NCBI GenBank assembly: GCA_001724265.1
Contig: MEDY01000019.1
Span: 62,001-126,000 of the forward strand
Length of the DNA: 64,000 bases
Direction of reading: 5' to 3'
Origin: Rhizaria sp. SCN 62-66
Taxonomy: Eukaryota
A program made the translations under genes and the position numbers. Of this stretch, positions 40,501 through 52,500 are shown piece after piece. Each line of letters starts with the position of its first letter. Position 1 is the first letter of the stretch. Below the pieces are notes generated by a model that was not told the DNA's origin, searched no databases, and saw only the letters and a list, made by a program, of their open reading frames with translations.

Positions 40501-43500
40501 GCTGCGGCGGCCGCGGCGGGGAACCCGCGGCTTGAGAGGCAGCGGATCAGGCGCGCGCGCCGTACGCGCCGGCGGCGCCGCCGCGAGGAGCGCCGCGCGC
40601 GCTCGCGCGCGCTCGCGCTGCAGTCGGGGCCGGGCGCTCGGGCGCAGCTTACGCCCGGGCCCGGCGGCCGCCGCGGCACGCCTCTTGTCAACAGCAACAA
40701 CAGCAACACCGCTGACTTTGCGTCCCCGACAACGACGGTGGCGGCGCAGCTGGTGACCGGCCGCCGCAGTCTCGAGGACGACGGCGACGGCGACGGCGAT
40801 GCAGACGGCGACGGCGACGGCGACAGTCTGGACGATGAGGAGTCCAACAACGACAACGACTGGGGCGGCAACGGCGGCAACGCGGTGGGCAACGGCGCCG
40901 GCAGCAGCGCGTCCGCGCAGCAGGGCTCGAGGAACGACAGCGCGAGCGCGGCCGGAAACGCCGCCGGCGCCAACTCAAGCTCCGACATGGGCACCGGCAC
41001 TGGCACGGACACCGGCCTCGGCCAAGGCGGCTCCGTGGCGGCCACGGGCGTCGGCAGCAGCTCCGGCGCGCTCGCGGCCGGCGGCGGCGGCGGCGGCGGC
41101 AGCGCGGCGCTGGACGGCTCGCACCTGGCCAGCAGCGGCCGCCTGCCCGGCGCGCTGCCGCTGCAGTCGATCACCGCGCTGCGGCGCGCGCAGCGGTGGC
41201 GCCGCACCGCCTGGGAGCGTGCACGCACGCGCTTCGCCGCCAGCGGGCTCGCGGGCCGCGGGCTGACGTTCGCGGCCGACGGCGCGGCGCTCGGCTTTCT
41301 GACCTCGCCGCGCGCGTCCTACGGTTTCGACAACATGCCGGGGCTGCTCAACTCGCCGCTCGCGGCAACCGCAGGCAACAACAACAGCAACAGCAACGGT
41401 AGCAACAACGGCAGCTCGACCGCTCTCGTTCCTGCTGGCGGGAAAAGCTCTGCGTCCCCCCAGCAGCAACAGCGGCAACTGCAACAACAGCAACAGCAGT
41501 CGCAGCAACCCAACGGCCGCTCGCCCGGCGCGGACGAGGTGATCGGCCCCGACGGGCTGCCGCGCTTCGTGCGCACGGACCGCCGCGGGCTGCTGAACCC
41601 CGCGCACCGCACGCTCACGGCCGCGCCGCCGCCGCCCGCCGCCGCGCAGGCTGCCAGACACAAGGCCGCCCCCGGTCTGCGCGGCGTGGGCGTGATGAGC
41701 AGCGCGGTCGGCGGCGGACACCTGCTGCCGCTGCGCGTCGGTCCGCAGCGCTTCCACGACGGCTTCCTGGACCCCGACTTCGTGCGCGCCAACGCGGCTG
41801 TGTACGCGCACCGCGTGCGCGACGCGCGCCGCCGCGCTGCCGCCTTCGGCGCCACCGTGCTCTCGCACCAGCCCGTCCCGCTGCTCATGCTGCTCGACTC
41901 GGCGCACACGCAGGTTCGCACCGCGCCCGGCGCCGCGGGCGCGGTCGGCGCCTCTGTCAGCAGCGGCAGCGGCGGCGGCGGCAGCGGCAGCGGCTGCGCG
42001 GCCCCGTGCGGCTCGCTGCCCTGCGGCGACGAAGACTATGACGACGGCAGCAACACCGCGGCGGCGGCCCGTGCACGCGCGCGCAATCGCGCCCGCGGCC
42101 GCGCGGGCGGCGACGGCGGCGAGGGCTACCATTGGCTCTCTGGCCGGCCCGTCACGCGCCTGCAGGACCGGCTGCGGGTCGAGGAGAAGCGCGGCGGCGT
42201 CTGGGCCGTCAAGGGCCACCAGCTCATCCAACTCACCTCGGCCGCGGCGGCCGCGGCCGCCGTCGCGCTGGCGGCGCGCTTGACGGCGGCGCACGTGGCC
42301 GCGCAGGCGAACAAGGTGCACCAGGAGCACCGCGCGCGCACGGGCGCCGCCATCGCCACTGCGGCCGCGGCGGCGGGCGGCCGCGCGCTCCCCGCGGCGC
42401 CCGACCCGGCCGCCGTCGCCGCCGCGCTGGCTGTGCGGCTCGTGCCCGCCGTCAAGGGCGACGCCAAGGCCCCGCTGGTTCCCGTGCCGTTCCCCAGCCT
42501 TAACGGCAGCGTGTACATGCCGCTCGCCAAGGCCTCGGGCTTCTGGTTCAACGCCGTGGGGTTTCTGCAGCGGCGCCTGATGCACAACCTGCGCCGGCTG
42601 CGCTGTACCGCCGCGGGCAAGGGCGCGCGCATGCACCCGGGCGCGGGCTGGCTGGCCGAGCAGCAGCAGCGCTTGCAGCGCCGCGCGGCGCGCAAGGCGG
42701 CGCGGGCGCGCGCGCGCGCTGCCAGCCGCGGACAGGACGGCGGGCAGGAGAGCGTCATCTCGGGCGACGGATACGACTTCGCGGAGTCTGTCGGGCCTGA
42801 CGGCGACGCGACGAGAGCCAACAAGAAGGACAAGAAGGACAAGAAGCCCGGGAAGATCGCAAGTTTCTTCAAGCGCGTGTTCGGGGGCAAGAGCAAGGAC
42901 GGCAAGGACAGTAAGGACAGCAAAGACACGGCCAACGCTAGCGCCACCGGCGACAAATACCGCGCCAAGTCCCCCGCGACGGCGAGCAAGACGCGCCGCC
43001 CGCACCCTCGCGCGCCCGAGAGCTTTGCGTCGCTGCACACCGACATTGACCTGGGCGGCAAGACGGGGCCCAGCTCCGGCGCCGGCACCGGGACCGGCAG
43101 CGGCGACGGCGACGGCCGGGCGCAGTCGCGCGGCGCGCTCAGCGGCTCGGGCCGCGGCGGCGGCGGCGGTGACTCCCCGTCGCCGCTCGAGTCGCCGTTC
43201 TCGCAGCAGTCCGACTTCAGCGGTACGTCCCCGATCAGCGGCTCGAGCAGCGACGTGTCGAGTGTGTACACGCACCCGGCGTACTTCCCTCCGCCCGTCG
43301 CCGCGGCGCGCATGCGGCGCCTTGAGATGGAGAAGCAGGCGCGACGCCAGTACGGCGTGCCCGACACCAACACCGCGCCCTCGCGCCACAAGAGCAGCGC
43401 GAAAACCACGGACCAGCTCTCGAGCGCTAACACCCACACCAACAGCAACACGGCCAACGACACTGGCGCGAACGTTTCCCCCGATAAGCGCAATCGCAAC

Positions 43501-46500
43501 ATCAACAACAACAGCAACACTAATAACGCGAATGTGAACGCGAACACTGGCGCTGGCACTGACGGCCCCCGCCGTGGCCCCAGTCGCCGTCGCCGCGCGG
43601 AGGCCGCGTTGGACCGCGAGATGGCCCTGGAGCGCGAGCGCAGCGGCGCGCAGTATTTCCACGAGCCGCCCGTGCGCGTGAAGCTGATGTCGCTACACGA
43701 GCTGACGCTGCGCGCGACACTGTGCTGCCTCGTGCTGCTGCAGCACCAGAACGCGCTGGTGCCCGGTGCCATCGGCTCCGCGCTGCGCCTGCACATGGGC
43801 ATTGGCGCCGGGCTCTGCTCCGGGTTCATGGTCGGCGGGTTCCGTCGCTCCTGGGAGTTCTACATCGCCGGCGACCCCGTCACGGACATGTCGCTGGCCG
43901 CCAACGAGGCGCAGGCTGGTCAGTTAGTGTTAGCCCAGTCCGCGTATCACTTCATGCGCGACCGCGTGGTGGGCCACCCGACGCGCGACGACCTGTTTAT
44001 CGTCCAGCGCCTGCGCGGGCGCTACCGCGTGAAGCCGCACCACGCGGCGCTCAAGCCGCGTGTGAGCGCGGACGAGGCGCTGCTGGACTTCGTGCCGCCG
44101 CTGATCCGGCATCGGCTTGACACGTCGACGTCGACGACGTGGCTCGCAGAGTACCGCACCGTGACCGTGGCCTTCGCCAAGCTCGTGGGCGTCGACTACA
44201 GCGACCCCTGCGCGCTGTCGCGGATCCAGCTCGCCGTGCAAGTCATCCAGGCCGTGATCAGCGAGCACATGGGCTCCATCGCGCGGCTGCTGTGCGACGA
44301 CAAGGGCACGCGGTTCAAGATCGTGTTCGGAATGCCCTCGCAGTCGCACTCGGATGACACGGTGCGCGCCGTGCGTGCGTGCTCGGTCATGTCCAACATC
44401 ATCGCGCAGTCGGCCACGGGCCTGCGCCTTGCCATCGGGGTCGCCACAGGGCCCGTTTTCGTCGGAAACGCCGGCTCAGAGCAGCGCTGCGAGTACACCG
44501 CCGTCGGAAGCACGGTCATTCTCGCCGCGCGTCTGTGCGAGAAGGCACACGAGCACAACTACGGCGTCGTCGTCGAAGAGCTGACGTACAATCTCTCCAA
44601 CATGAGCATCAGCTTCGCGCAGCTGCCGTCGGTCATCCTCAAGAACATCACCACGGCGGTGCCCATCTTCCGCCCGATGACGCTGCTGGAGTCCGCGGAC
44701 GGCGCGCTCAGCGCGCACGGGCTCAGCTCGTCTAACGTCTCGGTCTACACCGGCAACAGCAGCAGCAGCAGCGGCAGCGGCAACGGCCTTGATGCGGGCG
44801 GCGACGGCGACAATCTTAAGGACGACACCTTCGACTCTAACGCGGATTTGCTCGCACGCGGCTTCTCCGCCAGCAGTCTCCGTAGCGGCGCCGGGATGGC
44901 GGCTATGCTCAACAACCGTGTCTGGCCCGGCGGGCTCGCGGGCGGGCCGCGCGGCACTGCGCTCACGGCCACGGTCCCCACCACTGGCGGGTCGCCGGTC
45001 TCGCGCGGCCCGAGCAGCGCCAGGAACAGCTCCGTGCGGGGCCTCCGCGGCATCGGCGTCGCCGGCATTGGCGGCAGCGGGCTCTCGGTGACGCTGCCCG
45101 ACGCGGACGCCGGCCTCGGCGCCGCCGATGGCGCGCTGACCGAGCGCGGCCCGCCCCTGCGGCGCCGGCGCGGCAGCGTGATGTCGATGACCACCAACTC
45201 TAACTCGGCCTTCGAGGGCGACACGGACCAAGGCAGCGCGCTTATGTGCTATGTCGCTGACCAGCGCGGCGAAAACGGCTTTTTCATGCCCGAGCAGTAC
45301 GGCTACCTGCTACGGTGGCAAGAGTTCGACTACTTCCGCTGCCGCATCCTCTGCTGCGGCTACGTCGACCGGTACGCCGCTCCGCGCATGCAGGGCGGGC
45401 TGCTGAAGCTCGAGAACATCTTCGAGTCCTTCGGCCGCGCCATCACTTCGTCCTCGATCTCTGACTCTCGCTCCGACGTCGACGCCTCAGGCTCCGACTC
45501 GGCCTCGCGCTCGGGCGCCGGCAACGGGCTCGGCAGCGGCCGCGGCGGCGGCACGGGCGGCCTTGGCAGCGGCGGCAGCAACAGCGGCGCACATGGCCAC
45601 GGCGGCGGCTCCACCGCGTCAGGCGACTCGACGGACGACGGCGAGGACATCGGTTTCCCCGTCATCGCCGACGCGCCGACCGACTTGCCGTCTCCGATGC
45701 CGCCCCGGCGCGGCATGATCTTCGCCGGCTCCCCCGCGCTCAACGCGGTCGCGGGCCCGCTGACGGCTTCGACGCCCTTCACGCTCGACTCGCAGCCGCT
45801 GCCACTGTCGCTGCCGCCGTCGTAGCCGCGGACTCAGCTGCAGCCGACGCAGTCCAAGAGGCGCAGTAACGTGTTTTTCCCCGACGCCGCCTCCACCTCA
45901 GTGTCTGGGCATGGAAGCGACGCGATAATGCTTCCAGGCGCTGTTGCCGCAAACGATTCCACACCGCACGTGTCTGCACTGACACTCGACGTGCGTTCGC
46001 CGTCGCAGCGCATGCTCACCCCACCGCAGCCGCAGCATCAGCTTAGACAGAAGCGCATCTCGACCGGCGACGACAACGCCGCGTCGCAGCAGCCCGATGT
46101 GTTCAACCCGTACTTGGCGTCGGGAGACCTTAGCGACCCGCTGCAGACCCCCGCGGGCGGTGCGGCTGATATCGCCGGCATGTCCCTCGACGACGCCGCT
46201 GCGATCTCTGCATCCAACGCCGCAGTGGTCGCCGCAGCCGCCGCGGCCGAAGCCGCTGCTGCGGCTGGGCTGGCGGGCGTCTCGAACGCGCTTCCGGCCG
46301 CGAGCGCTGCGCCTGCTTTCCTCTCCTCGGCCGCAGCGGCTGCGGCGCTGGCCGGCGGCCGCTTACACTCCGGCGGCGGTCTCCCCGCGCCGCCGCGGTC
46401 GGTCGCGGCCTCGGTGATCAACCACCTCATCCGCGGCACGCAGGTGCCGCCGTCGCTGCAGCGCGCGCTCGAAGGCTTCACCAGTGTGCACGCGCGCAGC

Positions 46501-49500
46501 GCGCTGTCGGTCAAGGGCATGTTTCTGCTGACGGGCATCGAGGGCAACTTCGACCGCGCGCGCAGGGAGACATACCTCGCGCCCAAGTACCTCACCGCGC
46601 TCGGCAAAGCCAACCACCGCGGCGTGGCGGCGGGCGGTGCGGCGGCCGCGGCGGCGCTCGCTGGCGCGATCGCGCGCGGCGAGGCGCGCGTGCAGCTTGA
46701 CCACGAGCTCACGTCCCCGCTCGCCGCGCTGGTCAACGTGCTCATCAACCACAGCTCCGAACGCACGCGCGACGAGGCGCACCGCGTGTATCTGCCGCAG
46801 CACCTGATCGCGCACTTTCACGAAGTCGTCGCAGCGTACCCCGGCGAGGACCTCGTCGAGCTCAACGGTGTTGGACTCCTAGCGCCGCCATTGACGCACA
46901 ACGGCGTCGACCTGACGCGCGAGACGGATGTGGTGCTGCCGGGTGGCGACGGCGTGTGCCGCCTTGTCGAAACCGTGTTCGAGTCCAAGGACGTTGCGCA
47001 CTTGCACGCGCGCTCCAAGCAGCTGCTGCAAGCGTTTCTGAACCACCCGTCACTGGCGGGCAGCGCGGACCCGGCGGTGCTGGCTCTGCTGCTGGCGATG
47101 CCGCCGCCGCTGCACGGGCACCACACTGCGCAGTTCGCGGGGCAGCTGGGCGCGGCGTCGCACCTGCTGTTCGAGAGCGACGCCGAGCGCGCCGCCACGC
47201 AGGTCGCCGCGGCGCCCACGCCGTCGCTGCAGGAGGCCTTTGAGGACGGACTCGTCTCGGCGCCCGCCGCGCGGTGGCTCGCCGCCGCCTGGCACGAGCA
47301 GGAGACGCTCTGGATCCAGGAGCAGCAGCAACAGCAGGAGATTCTCTCCTCGACGATGGCCACCGCGCTTGCGTCGGCGCCGCTGAGCTCCATCCTGCAC
47401 ACACCCGGCGCGCTCCTGTCCCCGCTAGCCGCGGCCAACGAAGTTGCGTCGCCGACCGACATGGTGACGCTGCCGTCGAATCACCTCATGACATCGCCGG
47501 AGGTCCTGCTGGCGCAGCTGCGGCAGCGCATGGAGGTCCGGAACAGGTTTGGATTGCCCACCAGTGGACCGCCGCAGGCGCTGTTTTCGCCGCCGCCACC
47601 CCCGCCGCCACTGCCAGTGCGCACCACGGCCTCGGGCGTGACCTACACCGGCGCCCCCACGCTGTCGATCCGCCGCAGCGCGCGCATCGCCAACGCGGCG
47701 TTCCGCGCGCACTTCAACCTGACGTGTATCACGGGCATCTCCGTCGGCATGGGTCTGGTCATCAACAGCTCGTCCGCGATCGCGGCCAACGAACTGGGCG
47801 CGGGCGGCGCACCAACGTTTTACGCCACGCAGCTGTGCGGGCAGATCTACGGCCAGGCGGGCGTGCACTCGACGGTCAAGTCCACCACCGCGCTGCACGT
47901 GAACCCGTTCCGGCTGCAGCAGGACGCCGACCAGGACGCTGCGGGCGACGCCACGGGCTTCGGCGCGCTCACCTCGACGGCCGTGGGCGGCGCTGGCCGC
48001 GACCGCAGGCGCGTGGCACAGATCTTCTCGCGCTCCGGCTTTGCGGGCATCTTTGCCGCAACCGACTCCGAGGGATTTTACGCCTCGGGCGGCGGCCGCG
48101 GCCGTGGCTCGCGCTCCTACGCTCTCTCGCCGGGCGGCTCCGCGGGCGGCAGTGCGACGGGCGCCGGCATGTTGGGCCGCCCGGGCACCGCGTACGTGCT
48201 CACGGCGAGCGGCGCGCCGGTGGAGCCCGTCATGTCGCGCGTGCTCGTCGCGGGCCCCACGCTCGCGCGCAGCGGCTTCAACGCTGCGCCCACGTACACG
48301 GCGCCCATGTCGACCGTCGAAGTCAACCCGCAGCGGTACCACGGCCGCACCGCGCTGTCGGCGCTCGTTGCGGCGGAAGACGACAAGTCCGCCGCGGCCT
48401 CGGTCTCGGCCACCAACGCCAGTGCGATGTACCAGTGGTCCTACGCGGGCGGGCTGGGCGCGCTGGTGCTGGCCGACGGTGCGACGGCGCACATGCCGGC
48501 CATCTCCTCGCTCTCGCTCGGCAACGGCGTGCGCGTGCCTGCTTTCTTGCTCTCCGCGGTGAACCGGTACTTCGTGCCCAACCCCATGCACGCCGCGCAC
48601 ATCGGGATGGGCGGCAATGGCACCCCGGACGCGCAACGCCGCGGCGACGGTGCGAGCAACCGCGGCAGCGCGCGGTCGACCAGCAACGCCGCCGCGGCGT
48701 CCGGGCTGGTGAACGTCGACCGCACACATGTGCTGCACGGCTCCGGCGGCGTCAACTCAATCACGCACATGTCGTCCTTCTATGGCGACGCGGGCGAGAC
48801 GTACGTCACCTTCCAGCAAGTCATCTCGCAGGTGCTCGAGGAGAACGCCGAGCCGCGCGTGCTGCGCGCAGTGCGCACGCGCCAGGCGCTATGGTCGCTT
48901 GGAGTGCCCACGTCCAGCGCTTCCGAGACCGGCCAGGGCACGCTTAGCGCCAGGCTCGGCTACACTCCGCGCTCGGGCGGCGGCGCGGTGGGCATTGCGG
49001 CCGCCGCTGCCGCCGGGCTCGCCGCCGCCGTGGCCGCGTCAAGAGGCCCGGGGGACCGGTCCGGCGCTGGCGGCGCGAGCGAGGCCGGCGTTAGAGGGCT
49101 GCGCAGTATTCTCCGCCGCGGCAGCTTCACCGGGATGCGCGGAGACAGCGACGCGTTGCACGGCGACCTCTCCGACCCCGCGCTGACTGCGGGCGCAGTG
49201 CCGTCGACCGCGGTCGCCACGTCGTCGCTGCTGTCGGCTTCCGCGGCGTTCGACTTGCTCGAGATCGACGAGAATGAGACGCCCGCGCGCATGCTGATGA
49301 AGTTCCTCCGCTCCTCGCAGTGGGCCGCCGCGCGCGAACGCACCGCGACGACGTCGCGCAGCGTGCTGCACTCGATCGGCTTCTACTACAAGCCCGAGTT
49401 CGACCCTTCAGTCGACTCACCGGGCGCTGAGCGCACTCTCGTGCAGCGCGGTCGTGTCGACGCTGCTCTCGCAGCAGCCGAGGACAACGCCGCCGGCGAA

Positions 49501-52500
49501 GACGCGCTGCTGCGCCCGGCAGCCTCCGCCGGCGGGCCCGGCACTGCGACGGCCATCTTCACGAGCGCGCTGCCGACCGCGACGTACAAGCTGGGCGGGA
49601 CCGTGGTGACCGTGCACGCGTACAACGCCACGCTCCTCCAGCTAGACAAGTCGTGGGCCATCAAGGCCGCGATGGCGGCCGGCGTGCCGCCGCCCGCCAG
49701 CGCGCTCGCTGGCACGCCACCCGCGACCGCGCGCACGATGGCACGCTCCAACGCGGTGATGACTGCCCTGGCGCGGTCGGACATGCGCATGCGCCCGCGC
49801 CCCACCGCGCTGCGCGCGACGGACCTGATCCCGCGCTGCATCACGTTCACGGCGCTGACTTGGCGCCAGGTGACTGAGAGCATTGTGCGCCCAGCGACCG
49901 TGTTGCTCAGTCTGCCCGAGCGCGTCACGCGCAAGCAGGCGAGCCCCGCGCACTCTGCGGCGTCCTCCGTGGGGGCGGCTGACCCTGGTCTGCTGCCGCG
50001 GCTGCCGCCGATCGACCTCTCGGCCACCGAGGGCACTGCGCCGCGGCACGCCTTCGTCTTTGGCTGTCTGCCAGGAGAGGACTTACCCGCCGGCTCGCTG
50101 CACTCACTCTCGCTGTCTGAGCACATCGCGCAGCTCAACCCCATGCGGCTCTCCCCGACGCAGCAGCTGCAGCTGAACATCATGACGTCGCGTCTGCGCG
50201 CGCTGCGTGCGTTCACCATTTTGCGCCCGCCGACCGCGACCGACTACGCGTGGAGCACGAGCTCGACCTCGGCGACCCTGCTCATCAAGCACGCCATGTC
50301 GCTCAACCCGAACCCGCTCGCGCGCCTCTCGGCGTGCTCCGGCGTCGAGCGGCTGCTGCGCCTCATCCAAGGCCTGCTCGAGCGTTCGCCGGTCCACACC
50401 GCGTACATGCACTTCTGCGGGCTCAAGGCCGTGTGCCAGGTCGTCAACCCGCCGCAGTGGGTCGTCACGCCCTCCGCGGCCACGCTCGGCGGCTACGTCT
50501 ACACCGCGCAAGGCAAGGCCGTACTCTTCACGAGCAAGAACGAGGCCTTTCCCTACGGCCTCATGGCGCGCCGCCGCCGCCTGCAGCTCAAGCGGCTCGC
50601 GTTTATCGCACGATATGCACCGGCAGTGCTCAACTCGCCGAACCTCGATGGCGAGGACCCCACGGCTGCCGCCGAGGCCGGTCTCCCGGAGGCTGGGCTG
50701 GGCTTCTCGGCCGCGCTGTACCGCAAGGTCGTGCGCGTGGCCGTGGAGCGCTACTCGGACCACGCTCTGGCCACGGCCGTTGCCGCTGCGGGGCGCGCGA
50801 ACATCCCCCGCGCGCCCACAAGCGCCAACGGCAACGTCTCCGGCTCCGGCGGCGGCGGCGGCGCGGGCGGCGGCGGCATCAACACCAGCGCAGCCGCCAG
50901 CGCCGCGCGCGCGTGCCTGCTGCCACAGTCGGCGACGGGCACCGCAGCCGCGGTCGCCGCGGGCGGGTCGTCCCCGTTCCTTGCGCTGCGCCGCGGGCTC
51001 ACTGCTGCGGCCGCGGCGCCGACCGTTTCGAGCGCCAACGCGGCCGCGCTCGCCGCCGTGGCCGCGGTGTCGGCTGTGGCCAGCGCCGCGGGCTCGCTCA
51101 CCCCGCCCATGCTGCTTACCAGTCTGTCCGGTCTCGCGCCGGGGCCCGGCAGTGTCGCCGGCGGCAGTAGCGCCAGTAACGGCGGCAGCGGCGGCAACAG
51201 CGCCAGCGCCAGTGCGGCGCCGTCGGCCCCGTCGCTGACGGGCAGCGTGGACGAGCCCCCACTTGTGTCCGCGCGCATGCTGCAGACGCTGCACCACTAC
51301 GCCGACCTGACTGGCGGCACGCTCGCGTCGCTGTCGCCCACGGTCGGCACATCGATCGGCGACGACCTTAAGGCGTGGGAGTTCGCCGCATCGCTTCCCT
51401 CAGCGCTCACGTTCGCCGGCCTGTCGATGTTGTGTCCGCGCAACGCATCGCTCGACCCCGCAGACCTGTCCGCCGCGGCGACGGCGCTCGCGGGCGGGGC
51501 GTATGCGCCGCTCACTATGCCCAACAAGCGCCGCGGTGCCAGCGGTCTCGGCGACGAAGACAGATCTGGCTCCGGCCTCGCTGGCGACGGCGCCAGGCTA
51601 AACAACAACGACAACGACAACCTGTTGTGGCCCAACGGCGACATCGCGCTGCCAAACGTCACCGCGGGGCTTTTTGCCGCCGCGCCGGAGCTTACTGTGC
51701 TGACCAACGCCGGGCTGCTCACTGCGGACCCGACGTCGACGACCGACCTCGCATCCTCGCTCACGCTTGCGTACGACCGCTGGGACTGCTCCCCCGACAT
51801 GCCGTCCGCGCTCGCCGTGGCCTCGCCCAAAGTCACCATCTTCGCTGGCGGCCGCCCATCGGGCGCCCCCGTGACTGCGACCGCGGCCGGGGTGGCGGCG
51901 CCCGCGTCCCCGCTGTTGGCGCCGCAGCGCGGCTACGGCATCCACGGCGCGATGCCCGCGAACAAGCGACCGAACGATCCCGTGGCGCACCCCACGCGCG
52001 AGTCGATGCCGTCGCCCGCCGACGCCGACGCCGCGCTGCTGCGGCTGGGCGCGCTGCTCACGGGCGCGCCGCGCGTCCCGCTGCCGCGCCCCGCCGCCGC
52101 GCTGCCCGCCGTGCTCGCCGTGTCCAGCGCCGTGCCCTTCGGCCGCGACCCCGAAGTCGCCGAGGTGCTGCAGAACCTGTCGTCGGTGTGGCAGACGGGC
52201 CGGTCGCGCATTCTGCACCTCAACAGCTCAGCGGGCTCGGGTCGTTCGCTGGTGATCGCGCTGTTTTTGGCCGCGTTCGCGCACCCGCCGGACATGAGTC
52301 GGTACGTGAGCAACACGCGCGAAGGCACGGACCTGCGCATGCTGCCCCCCTGCATTAGCGCGTTTATGGTGCAGGCGCAGCCCAACGTGCAGTCCACGCC
52401 GTTCTTCGTCTACAAAGACCTGCTGTTTGACCTACTGTGCACGCTGCGTCCGCCGTCGTCGAACTCGGCGACGGTCTACGAGAGCGACGACATGCTTAAC

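Noticed and set aside
40975-43662. 895-aa minus-strand ORF and the many other long overlapping or antisense ORFs in the track (e.g. 12-1037, 2831-4102, 42126-43829, 53644-55143)
   Set aside because: Shadow ORFs expected from GC-rich, strongly codon-biased exons; no recognisable motifs, and each overlaps a better-supported gene.
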